A DNA stretch of 61,064 nt, filler included, from Basidiobolus ranarum (taxonomy: Eukaryota): the NCBI GenBank assembly GCA_040143965.1. It is 5 parts of 5 records of this genome, joined end to end, with 100 filler letters (N's around TTAATTAATTAA, not from the genome) between each part and the next. Parts side by side here need not be neighbours in the genome. Positions count along the whole stretch, not along the records: positions 36,720 to 48,846 come from JASJQH010000565.1; positions 48,947 to 61,064 come from JASJQH010000566.1; 3 more parts are not named here. The stretch is one strand, 5' to 3'. The notes beneath the pieces were generated by a model. That model was not told where the DNA came from and made no database searches. It saw only the letters and a program-made list of their open reading frames with translations. Below are positions 39,966 to 51,327 of the stretch, in pieces; within the stretch, counting starts at the first letter, position 1; every line of letters starts with the position of its first letter. Position numbers and translations under genes: made by a program.

Positions 39966-40883
39966 TTATTAATTTTGATGTTTAGACTTCTGCACCATTT
40001 GAATTGAGAGCTAAATGATCTTTGAAAAATCCTGTCTTAATTGAGCAACTTACCTGAGGGTTTTGCTCTTCAGTCCTAATAAAGAATTTTGGACCTCTTG
40101 CCAGTCGTAGTATATGGTAGAAAACCACTCTGAACAGGTATTAATTGTCACTTGACATTGAGATGGGTTGATGTTTAAAATTGTATGTAAACTAACGCCA
40201 ATAACTCGAACTTGATCGAAAATATAGTATTGAGGGAAAAGGAGGAAGCAGAAATGGAAATGTTCATCGATTGTATTGCCATCTGAATCACAATCATAAC
40301 TAGTTTTGAAGGATCTTTATTCCATATCCTTATGCATGGTTGACTGATAGAAGTACACATGACATAAGCAATACAATTGCTACATTTAGATTAGGTACAA
40401 AATGTTTTGCAAGGTCACTTGATAGATCTGGTGATAGCGCTTGAGGGACAAAGTAAAGACAGGCTTCGTAGAGTAAAAATCATTATAAAATTAGAACCAG
40501 TTGAACCTAGATGTTTTAGATTTAAGGCTAAAAAGATTGTTACACATGATGTTCGTACACTACTAAATTAAAATGCTGATGTCATATAAATTTAATAGTG
40601 CACTCAGGCTTCGGTCATTATTAGGTTATCAATGTTACAGATTAGTCTTAGCCTCTTTCTGCTGCTAAACAGGATTAAGACACAACAGGCGTAGGAAGAA
40701 AACCCACTTAAATAAACATGTATAATAAATATAAAGCGCCTGCATTGTTAAGCAGTTCGTGCAAGCAAGCAGCTAGAATTGTTTGGTACAACTACATATA
40801 GTTACCTATAGTTAAACTCATTCCTACCCTTTCTTCACCTACTTCTAAAAGCTCTAGTTTTTGAATTGTCACCACTTAATAGA

Positions 40884-42574
40884 ATGTTGAGTTTTGTCAA
40901 AAACTGGTGGAAAAGTGTAGACTTAGACGACATGCTAGGGTAAGACAATCTTCTAAAGGATTTTGTTGTAGTATATAAACTCATTGGAGAGTAAATGTTA
41001 TCTGTACTCTACTATCTCTTTAACCAAATTTCACAATATTTGCTATTTTAGCTATGACACGTTTAAAGTAGTCCATGTTCGTGATCGTCGTTTAGGATTT
41101 ACTTTTCATGGTTTCCAAGCTGCTATCTTTGCATACATTATTTATTCAGTTATACATAATCAGCTCTATCTAAAAAAAGAGGCACCCGTACCAGGTACTA
41201 TCAGCTCGTTGAAAATAGTTTTCTAGAAATTCTCATCATAACTGGAATGAAATTTAACTAGGTGCAATCAGAGTGTCATTACTAGAGCCCGCAGGTGACC
41301 TACAGAATTCTACCTATTGTCAGCAGAAACCTTGTGTATATTGGGGAGCAAACCAAATATTGTATTGTTTATCGAGTTTTTTTCTATTCAGAACTTCATT
41401 GGAAAATAACCGATTTTCTTGAATAATCTTTAGGTTTAATCCTGGAGCCCAAGGGGTATCATTTTTAACAACGAGAATTTCGACCAAAATATTTCCTGCA
41501 CAGGCTGGATGTAATAGTATTCTTTCCACTACACCTGGGTGCAGGTACAATTTACCGAAGCCTACAGAAAGTCCAGAATATTATATTTCTGATTTGGAGA
41601 GATTTACAGTATGTCAAATAATTTGAAATCTTCTGACTATTAGTCTCATTAACACTTGTCTAGCTAATGATTGAACATTCAGTCCGTGGTACTTCTACAG
41701 GTATCTCTGTCCGTAATGGTGAGATGAAAGGAAGATTACTTATTACTAAAGACAATAATCCATTCTACAACAATGAGACTGAGCTCTCGTTCACTCCCCA
41801 GAATCGACCACCTAGAGTCCCCGGAGATATCATCACAGTAGCTAAGCTTCTACGTGCTTCTGGAGCCAATCTGGATGGTTTGTGATGTACTATTTTAGGA
41901 CTTGGTTAAACTGATAACTGATACATTTCATACAGCACCTTCCGATGCACCAGGTGCCGATCAAGCTAATGGAGAGAGTTACAGGTCATCTGGAATTGTC
42001 CTTAGTGTGGTTATTCAATATGACAATGATGGAAATGACAAATTTAAGTATTCCTATTCTGCCAACTACATCAAGGGGAATGAGTACAAAATCGAAGAGA
42101 CAATATACAATCCTACTGATGGTTCATATACCGAATTCAATAGACATGGGTAAAGCATCTAAAGTAACCAATATTTTCTTCACTTGTCACTGACAAATAT
42201 TCATACCTAGAATCCGAATCGTTTTTTCGCAAACTGGTAACATTGGTAAATTCGACTTCATGTCACTGTTAACAAACCTGGTAGCTTCTATCGCGCTACT
42301 GAAAACGGCTTCCTTGTTAGTGGAGATTTTCATGTTAAAATTCCTACCACAAAGAAAAATGTATTATGAAGCAAAGTATGAGCATACTGAAGATTTTGAT
42401 GATCTAAGGAAAGGTCGGGAACACAATCCTAATAATGGTGCCAGTACCTCGGAAGAGTTTGACCACGAAAAGGTTAAAAATCCCTCAACCGTTGCATACC
42501 CTCCTGATTGTCACACAGAATCCTCTTCCAACGTGTTTGTAGAGATGAACAACATAGGCAAGAGTAACAATTAG
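40884..42574 (+). CDS. P2X purinoceptor homolog (ATP-gated cation channel family), 7 exons, ~421 aa
   Basis: Exons 40884-40939, 41052-41194, 41262-41361, 41434-41608, 41664-41877, 41936-42149 and 42211-42574 splice in frame. N-terminal YDTFK (YxTxK), RDRRLG plus TM1, ectodomain, RHGIRIVFSQTGNIGKFD plus TM2, C-terminal YYEAK (YxxxK). Confidence 0.88.
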
Positions 42575-43148
42575 TCAACGAACCCCAATTTATCTGAGAA
42601 AACAACAAACTTGGTATATATAATTATTGCTTTCCTAATTTTGCGATACAATCATGTTCATTCTAGAAAATTCATCATTTCCTACCTAATAAACAAATGT
42701 ACAATCTGAACTATATAAACAATTTGACTTTCAGATGGAGCTTAAACGCATTGGCTGCAATATTAAATATCATCTAACTACAAACATCATGATAATTTTC
42801 ACCATATTCCAATGCTATAATAGTATATCTTGCTCCTAATTACTACACCATGTACTTCGCCGAACAGACCCGAAGTTATATAATGTTGAATGTTACACTT
42901 TTCGTTCAACACCCATTGCAGTTTATTGGCATAGTAGAAGGATTTACAAGTTCTAATGGAAAATTGCTTAGTATCCAACACAAAAGGGAGATCCATCACA
43001 TCAAATTCAGGGTAGTGAGAGATAAATTTAGGAGTATTGATACAAATTTAGTTACAAAAGGCTGTATTTCGGAGCCAACTCTAAACGAAGTATTTAGCAG
43101 AGTAATCATGGCCACATCATTCGCTGCACCTTTAACCCATTGACCGGA

Positions 43149-44405
43149 TCACTGGTCAAGGCACACTACTGCATCCACTTTCAGGATGTGAAGAGCCTTG
43201 GCATGAGCTGTAATGGCTTCACATGTCATGCTTTGAATCTCGTCTTTAGTGAGCTTGCCGCCGACTTTGATGTTGAGACAGATATCTGCGGCGACATCAA
43301 TACCTAGTACTCGTAGTCGGGCGACTATACTCTCACATTCATCATCGTGAGAGCCCTTGGCCTCAGTGCTTTTTCCCAGGTTGAGTACATTGTTCAGACA
43401 CACATTGACATCAGATTTGATGATCCCGAGTACTTTAGCTTTGGCCATGATACCCTCACATCCCAAGCGATCTATATGAGACTTTGACCAGACACCAGAG
43501 CCTTTGACTCCGACACAAACATTGGTATCAAGTTTGATCCCTAATAGACGGAGATGTGCCGCAATATCATCACATTCTTTGTCTGCGACATCATGAGCAT
43601 CTCCTGCTTTCCTTAAGTTCAAGATATTATTCAAGCAAACGTCGACATCGGCCTTAATGATACTAAGTACCTTGGCATGGGCCACAACATCATCACATGA
43701 CATACGCTCGGTTCTTTCTTTGGACCATCCACCAGCTCCTGAGATTCCAATACAGACATTCGCATCCAGTTTGATTCCAAGTAATCGAAGGCGAGCGGCA
43801 ATATCATGGCACTCGTTATACTCTACACCATCGGATCTACCAGGCTTTACTACCTGAAGACCATTTTTCAAGCAAATATCAACATCTGCCTTAAGAATGT
43901 GAAGTGCTTTGGCATGAGCCACAATTTCCTCACAACTCATGCCCCCAAATTGATCTTTAGATGGCCAAGCTGCATCTTTATTCTGGAGACAGACATCTGC
44001 ATTGATTTGAATGCCAAGTACTCGAAGTCGTGCGACAATATCGCGACAGGTGTGAGATTGATCACCCTCATTCTGACCATGTCGATTTTCTGGAAGTATT
44101 GAAATTTTGTTATCACCTAGACAAATCTTGGCATCAACGTTGATACCAAGAGCCTTGACTCGGGCCACAAGTCCATTACACGGCAGGTCAGCTGGATTGA
44201 TTAGGTCAGTATCACCACTGCTCCCATCAGGTCGGTTAGTGCACTGCTCTAGATGTATGTTCGCATTGTAGCGGGTATTAAGATGGGATAATAAATCCTG
44301 GCAGTAGCTGATTCCAACTGGGGGAACGTACCCTCTCTCTACAACAAGACTAGAGCCAAGAAGGGCACTAGATAGAACTAACAAAAGGCTATTGGCGGAG
44401 TACAT
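43149..44405 (-). CDS. Secreted Cys-bounded repeat protein, 418 aa (unknown family, paralog 1)
   Basis: Intronless ORF with a signal peptide, an N-terminal C-x19-C unit and 9 modules of type CxDIVARLRLLGIxxDAxVC / CxDIVAHAKVLxIxKADVxVC. Confidence 0.85.
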   Translation of the reverse strand: MYSANSLLLVLSSALLGSSLVVERGYVPPVGISYCQDLLSHLNTRYNANIHLEQCTNRPDGSSGDTDLINPADLPCNGLVARVKALGINVDAKICLGDNKISILPENRHGQNEGDQSHTCRDIVARLRVLGIQINADVCLQNKDAAWPSKDQFGGMSCEEIVAHAKALHILKADVDICLKNGLQVVKPGRSDGVEYNECHDIAARLRLLGIKLDANVCIGISGAGGWSKERTERMSCDDVVAHAKVLSIIKADVDVCLNNILNLRKAGDAHDVADKECDDIAAHLRLLGIKLDTNVCVGVKGSGVWSKSHIDRLGCEGIMAKAKVLGIIKSDVNVCLNNVLNLGKSTEAKGSHDDECESIVARLRVLGIDVAADICLNIKVGGKLTKDEIQSMTCEAITAHAKALHILKVDAVVCLDQ

Positions 44406-46051
44406 TTTGTATAGATCTATGGTATGGAGAGGAGAGTAGGAGAGGATACGCTTAGTTGTGTATTATTTCTTCATCTGCATGTCAGTTTTATATCTACCTG
44501 AGCATTCTCTGGTTCGACTTTACTCAGAGGTTATATGTGGATATTATCCGATTGGAATGCGGAGGATTACCGAATCTATTCTAGCAGCAGTTAGATCGGA
44601 ATTGCTTATTGATGCATAGCATGAGGGACTTTGAACCATTTAGTCAACAATAGGCAGTAACATTATATTCCTCGCTTTAACTATATTTAGCAAGGAATGG
44701 GAAACATGTTCAAGGACTTTGAAGGGTTTTCCAATTTTGATGTCTAAGTTTAGCGCATTTAACTGAAACCAATTCGATTATGCAAATATAATTTGGATCA
44801 TGATAACAATGGATAACTTCTTATCGTGAACAACTCCAATATGCAACTAAATTCATGCACGCTTAGACTGTCTGTATTCGAATGTTCTCTGTTTAACAAT
44901 TCTAAACGAGCAACTGTTTTACTTTTACATTTACGTCAGTTAACGTAACTTACACAGCAAAGTTAAGAGCAATATCAAACACAGTATTATAGAACCTGTG
45001 ATCTTTTCAACAAATCTAGGAACTATGCGCAAACGTCACAATATATATATACCGCGTGCTGTACATGGATATTATCATTCGCCCTCCCATTTAAAACTAG
45101 GTGGTAACATATCAAAAAATAACATCAGCTCGTGCTTGTGAGATATAATCGCTTGTGTTGGAGTTAACTGAGGATTAACGATTACTTTAATTAATGTAGA
45201 GTAAGGGCCCACAACCACAATCAGATTCCCTGTGATACATGAACAGTATTACACTTAGGGAGTTACATTAAAGTGAGCGTACGTTGTAAAGTCAGGTAGA
45301 ATCTGAATATTGTGCAATTTGCTAGAGACTCGATGATGATAAACATTATGAATATCCCAACTAAATCGTGTTAATTTGGGAGATTAGCTCACAATAGGCG
45401 CTTCGATTTTTATAGCACCGGATATAAGTACATAGTTGCCTGAGATTTACCCTGTTGATCACTCAACTTTTAAGGCAGCACCAGGAAAATAAATATGGTG
45501 GTAGCATTGCATACATTAAATCTCTGAAATGCACGTATCAAAAAACTACAGATAGTAACCACGATAGCAATTGTTGGTTGAACAATGAGATTAAGATCTG
45601 AAAAAAGAATTTTTCAAACTTGGTTAAAATGATTTTAATAACTCAAAATGTTACAATGAAAATTAATTCCTTGTATCAAAGTTATTTATTGATTTTACCA
45701 CCAGAATGAGTGATTATTTCGTGTAGCGGTAGCACCTTGGCACCTTCCGAATAATCAAGGTTGAAAATTCAACAGACAAATTCATTGGGTGCTTGTGATT
45801 AGTAAGAGTTAATTAACGCAGGCTAGTTCACATTCAACAATGCCTTAATTTGATTAGGGGTTAACCAATGTGATCGAAATTTCCGATGTCAGTTGATGTT
45901 TTACTTCAGCAATCCCTACGAGGAAGATAGCAAACCCGCCTTTCAGAAAATATCTATTTAAGACTAACCAGTAACTGCTAAAGTCAGTATTCTCATCTCC
46001 TTAGAGTTCTATCCTCTCTCTCTCACTCTCCATATACCTGTCACTAATAGA
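44406..46051. promoter_or_regulatory. Divergent intergenic/promoter region between the repeat-protein paralogs
   Basis: The genes are head-to-head. Both have a similar CT-rich leader (tatcctctc...ctctccata) just before the ATG. Confidence 0.45.
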
Positions 46052-48013
46052 ATGATTCCCGCCAACAACCTGTTGTTACTTCTATCTAGTGCTCTTCTTG
46101 CCTCCAGTTTTGTTGTAGAGAGAGGATACGTTCCACCTGCTGGAATCAGCTACTGTCAAGATCTGTTGTCTCACCTCAACACTCGCCATGGTCTGAACAT
46201 TGATCCAGGTATGTGCAGTGGCCGACCTGATAAGAGCGATGATGGGCTTGAGCTTCTAAATCCTGCTGATTTGTCATGCGACGAACTTGCAGTTCGAGTC
46301 AGGGCTCTTGGTATCCATATTGATGCCAATGTTTGTCTCGGAAATATTGTTAATGGGTCTCATCGAAATATCAAGAGAGGTGAGGATGATAATGAGTATG
46401 AGCGTCAGTGTAGAGACATCGTTGCCAGACTCAGACTTCTAAAGATCAATACCAACACCGATGGTGTCAAGGTAGATGCCAATGTATGTGTAGGCCTTCG
46501 AGGTACTGGTGAATTGTCCAGAAATGAAATTAATCGAATGGGGTGTGAAACTCTTGTGGCCCGGGCTAAAGTACTCGGTATCCTTGATGTGGATGTCGAT
46601 GTTTGCCTACAGAATGTTAGAGAACCACGCAAACTTCGAAGATCCGGTGATGATGAATACAATGAGTGTAAGGATATTGTCGCCCGCCTTCGTTTGTTGG
46701 GGATCCAAGTGGATGCAAACGTTTGCCTTGGTGTCAAAGGCAGTGATGGATGGTCAAAAGACTATATCGACCGATTGGGGTGCAGTGATATCGTCGCTCA
46801 TGCTAAAGTACTAGGTATTCTCAAGGCTGATGTCAACGTCTGCTTAGGCAACATCTTCAACCTTGGTCACACTAGTGATGAATATAATGAATGCTCTGAG
46901 ATCGCAGCTCGACTTCGTTTGTTAGGCTTGAAAGTGGATGCAAACGTATGCCTTGGTACCAGAGGGAGTAAAGGTTGGTCAAAGGACCATATCGCTAAGT
47001 TGAAGTGCGAAGATATTGTTGCCCATGCTAAGGTACTAGGAATTCTTAAGGCTGATGTCAATATCTGTCTAGGTAACATCTCGAACCTCGGCCACACTCG
47101 TGGCTCCAATAATGAAGAGTATAGCGAATGCTCCGATATCATAGCTCGACTTCGTTTATTGGGCTTGAAGGTGGATGCAAATGTATGCATTGGTATCAGA
47201 GGGAGCAAGGGTTGGTCAAAGGATCACGTCGACAGGTTGAGGTGCGAGGATATTGTTGCCCACGCTAAGGTACTTGGAATTATCAAGGCTGATGTCAATG
47301 TGTGCCTTGGCAATATCCTGAACCTCGGACACTCTCGAAAGTCAAATAGTGATGAATACAATGAATGTCCTGACATCGCTGCCCGACTTCGCATATTAGG
47401 TCTCAAGCTGGATGCTGATGTTTGTATTGGTGTCAAAAGTGCTGGTGGATGGACCAAAGACGACGTACACCGTAAGGGATGTGAAGACATTCAAGCCCAT
47501 GCTAAAGTGCTCAACATCATCAAAGCTGATGTCAATGTTTGTATTAGAGATATTTTAGCGCCTTCTAAATCTCGCAGAGCTGTTGCAGACGCTGAGTACA
47601 ATGAATGCAATGATATTGTAGTCCGACTTCGCTTACTTGGTATCAAACTAAATGCTGATGTCTGTATTGGTGTCAGGAGAGCTGGTGGATGGTCAAAGGA
47701 AGACACCGAGCACAGAAAATGCCATGATATTGTTGCACACGCAAAAGTACTCCGTATTCTCGAAGCTGATGTTGATGTTTGCCTTGCAAATGAGGCAAAT
47801 AATAGAAAATCCGAACACACAGATTACAACGAGTGTGAAGATATTGCGGTTCGACTCCGTTTACTTGGAATCAATATAAATGTGAATGTATGTGTTGGCG
47901 TCAAGAGTCATAGTGGATGGTCAAAAGATGATGTTGAGCAAAAGAGTTGTGACGAAATTGTTGCACATGCTAAAGTTCTTCGTATTCTTGAAGCAAATGT
48001 CAACGTTTGTTGA
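46052..48013 (+). CDS. Secreted Cys-bounded repeat protein, 653 aa (unknown family, paralog 2)
   Basis: Intronless ORF with a signal peptide and the VERGYVPP.GISYCQDLLSHLNTR N-terminus shared with paralog 1. 15 repeat modules. Confidence 0.88.
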   Translation: MIPANNLLLLLSSALLASSFVVERGYVPPAGISYCQDLLSHLNTRHGLNIDPGMCSGRPDKSDDGLELLNPADLSCDELAVRVRALGIHIDANVCLGNIVNGSHRNIKRGEDDNEYERQCRDIVARLRLLKINTNTDGVKVDANVCVGLRGTGELSRNEINRMGCETLVARAKVLGILDVDVDVCLQNVREPRKLRRSGDDEYNECKDIVARLRLLGIQVDANVCLGVKGSDGWSKDYIDRLGCSDIVAHAKVLGILKADVNVCLGNIFNLGHTSDEYNECSEIAARLRLLGLKVDANVCLGTRGSKGWSKDHIAKLKCEDIVAHAKVLGILKADVNICLGNISNLGHTRGSNNEEYSECSDIIARLRLLGLKVDANVCIGIRGSKGWSKDHVDRLRCEDIVAHAKVLGIIKADVNVCLGNILNLGHSRKSNSDEYNECPDIAARLRILGLKLDADVCIGVKSAGGWTKDDVHRKGCEDIQAHAKVLNIIKADVNVCIRDILAPSKSRRAVADAEYNECNDIVVRLRLLGIKLNADVCIGVRRAGGWSKEDTEHRKCHDIVAHAKVLRILEADVDVCLANEANNRKSEHTDYNECEDIAVRLRLLGININVNVCVGVKSHSGWSKDDVEQKSCDEIVAHAKVLRILEANVNVC

Positions 48014-48781
48014 GAATTAGTTCATCATGTTGCGACATTTACTGATGAAGTAGTTATACAGATGATGGAATATTTCAGTAGGAGCCTGTACCCTAATGCA
48101 AACCGCAAATTTACCGTTCAATCTTGATTTCTGATATAGAACATGATTTGGTTGGATTTTTTACTTGTGATATCTGAAATCATGACGAAGTAGAGCGCAA
48201 TGCCATGGAAAATAAACGAAACCAACTTTAAAATGCTCCATAAAGGCCAACTATATTTAATGAGTACGCCAGAAAGTACTGAAATATTATGCATATTATA
48301 TATTGCTATATTACTGGAGCCTGGATTGATTATTCCATGCTATACAAATCTACTAGAGTAGTAATAGCAGTAAGGTTTGGCGGAACTCTCATAAATAAAA
48401 TAAATAGTTGTCAAGAAGATAGCAGTGGTCAAGTAGCAACGCACATATATGCATAAAACCGAGTACATAATCAAACTAAACCTATTTAGTCCGTCATGCC
48501 CCCTCCCTATACGAAGTTGTAGATTTACCGATATGGCCATTATGCAATCTCTGATGAAACCTACCATCAATAGATATTGTTCGTGGAATAAAGTGGGTAT
48601 CGAGATATATCCGAGATTAATTGGCATTATACTTAGACATTTACAAAGGAGTTTATACTTCGAATTGGATGTAAGCATTAATATAAAATAACAAATTGCC
48701 GACAATAAACATCACATCTTTCTCCTCCTTAGAGCTCTATCCTCTCTCTCTCTCTCTCTCCATATACCTGTCACTAATAGA

Positions 48782-48846
48782 ATGATTCCCGCCAACAATC
48801 TTTTGTTACTTCTATCTAGTGCTCTTCTTGCCTCCAGTTTTGTTGT
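48782..48846 (+). CDS. 5' end of a third repeat-protein paralog (cut by contig end)
   Basis: ~48725-48846 is nearly identical to ~45995-46116 (leader plus MIPANNLLLLLSSALLASSFV). Confidence 0.75.
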
Positions 48847-48946
48847 NNNNNNNNNNNNNNNNNNNNNNNNNNNNNNNNNNNNNNNNNNNNTTAATTAATT
48901 AANNNNNNNNNNNNNNNNNNNNNNNNNNNNNNNNNNNNNNNNNNNN
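48847..48946. other. Artificial contig spacer
   Basis: N44-TTAATTAATTAA-N44. Confidence 0.98.
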
Positions 48947-49138
48947 AAGAAACCAGACTCCATTCAGGGTCGAACCAGTTTGAAGCATCTTCTAAGTACT
49001 AGGCGTAAGAATGAATGATTCTTTGGAATTACGTAGTAGCACCAAAAGAAACAATTCAGAGTTTAGCCCACCAGGGAAGTTATATAAAGATTAGAGAGTA
49101 TATAGTCATTCTTTAGTGATCTACTTGACTATCTTTCA

Positions 49139-49622
49139 ATGAGTGGTATGTAGTAGCTATTTATTGTTGTTGTTATCATGTACTTACACTTTGTAGATAT
49201 ATGTTCCGAGGCTAACAAATGGATAGGAGTAGCCTACCAATTGGGAGGGAATACTAAAAGCGGAGTCGATTGTTCTCACCTTGTACACCAGGTATTCAAA
49301 GGATGTAACAAAAGTTACAACTATACCACCACTGGTGCTTGGCCTCCCAAAGAATTTCGAGTAATTCCCAAATCTGATGTACAGCCTGGTGATGTAGTTA
49401 AATTTGCTGGACACGTAGGAATAATGATAAGCCAAAATGAGTAACACTTAGCTAGAATTTCTTTCACCTTCCTCAGTACTCTAAGGCCTTTCTTAATTCA
49501 GGATGATCAGTGCAGAAAGTGGGAGCCAAAATAATCCTGGTGCAGTCAAGAAATCTTCTGTTGGGCCCAATACCTATTGGGGAAAAACCGCAACTGTCGG
49601 GAACTATTATAGATATCAATGA
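49139..49622 (+). CDS. NlpC/P60 (peptidase C40) family protein, 3 exons, 123 aa
   Basis: Exons 49139-49145, 49197-49440 and 49502-49622 give MSDICSEANKWIGVAYQLGGNTKSGVDCSHLVHQVF...DVQPGDVVKFAGHVGIMISQNEMISAESG...YWGK...YYRYQ*. The G-x-x-Y-x-x-GG, DCS, QPGD and GHVG motifs are present. TATA-like TATATAAA at 49081. Confidence 0.88.
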
Positions 49623-51327
49623 AAAGTATCTATTGGCCCGAGTTGCTTCTCAAGCAATATCGTTTTTCGTCTCTAAAATGTACCAGTTTATATTTGATAA
49701 ATATATCTATCAATTCAAGTAGTGGTTTTGAACTCAGGATTTAGTTGTGTGAATGTGGTATTACAGAAAGTGCAACTATACAAATTGAGGGTGCTTATTC
49801 TGTTGACATTTAATATAGATTTCAAGAAAGACAGCTGCACCGTTAGAGGATCCAACCTTATTTACTTACTTCCTACTGGGATTTACATAATGTGCAGTAA
49901 ATTCACGGATCTTATATATATTGTGAATGTTCTGTATTCTTGATGTGTTAAGTAATATAACTGAATTTCTCTCACCCAATATACTACACATTCTAGGGAA
50001 GATGCCACTCTCCTAAGGTCGATTTCACAACCCTGTAATACCACTACATACTACTATCATCAATTAACTTTGATAGGTGTATTGGATGTATAAAGCGACG
50101 CTACGAGGTACACTCAATTATAGGCGGGTTAGAGCAATGAAATCTTGATTCTTGATATTTTGTATACTCAGTACTAGTCTGCATCATGTTAGCCACCGCC
50201 TATCAGATTCTTCTAAACCGACCGGTTTCTCCCAAGACTTCGTTTCACTTGTCACAGATCACGTGGTTACTTCGCAATGTCCGATCGTGTAACTGCTGTA
50301 GCATGGGAATTTAAGACTCAAGTTTAGCACACTACTCGATCACCAATGCAAAGGTCTATAAGCCATGTTAGATCGTAACTAGCTCTTAACATTTGAAGTA
50401 ATTAAGTGTTTTAGTACTTATCAGACATAAAGCATCCCTCTTCTTTACAATGCATATTCCTCCTAGAATAAGAATAATTATGTCTGTGGGTATAACGAGT
50501 TACTCTTTTGTCTGTGCTTTAGAGACCTCCCATCTCTTTTTGTATTTCACGAACCTAATGGTAAAGGGCCTAGATGGTGGCTGCTGTCTCTAATATTCTG
50601 AGGTTTTGCTGCCTTGAGAAATCGTGGATAATTGAAGTGATGTCTTCAGTGAGTATTACAATCCTTGTCCTCCAGCAATTTGAATTCGTGGATATTAGCG
50701 TATCTTAATCCTTAATCCTCACTTAGATACTCGTATCATTTTGTAAATATGCGTAAACATTTCGTTCAAGGGCGATCTCCCGTTATCAGGTAGGACTACT
50801 TATGTTAATGAACCGTACTATTATCTTACTGGTTTCTATTCACTCGGAGAACAAATACATGACCAAGAGATTGGACCATTGTTCTTTTTTGACCATTAGA
50901 GGGACCCAATAAAGATAGTACTTGCACGATGAATGTGTACTTTTGCAGGAACGGAATTATCATAAGTATCGTGAATACCAAGCATGAATACAATTACTTG
51001 AAACGGTCCAACACCCAGTATCCTTCGTCCCCGTAGCAATTTCTTAATGCACTCCTACCTGTTGATGAACAAACCTCACGTTCTTCTAGTGACAAATAAA
51101 CCACATGTATTGTGCAGTAAAGCAAAATGGTTGATTTAATATGTTGGTGCTGCGGATCTTCCTACACAAATCCATTCAGCCAATTGTAGTGACATGTAAT
51201 GGACACATGGGATAAGTTCCTTAATAAATGTTGACTCCTGCGGCATTCACGTGACCATGGATCGATGCTTCGTACTTATATATCGCTTAATCTAGATTGT
51301 TCAAGTACCTATATTACTCAAACTAAC

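Noticed and set aside
40884-44405. Functional link between P2X and the adjacent repeat-protein genes
   Set aside because: They are on the same contig but merely convergent neighbours; there is no sequence evidence of co-regulation.
46405-47879. Antisense and alternative-frame ORFs within the repeat-protein gene
   Set aside because: Shadow ORFs caused by repetitive codon structure.
46052-49622. Apparent defence cluster of repeat proteins next to NlpC/P60
   Set aside because: They are separated by an artificial spacer and lie on different contigs.
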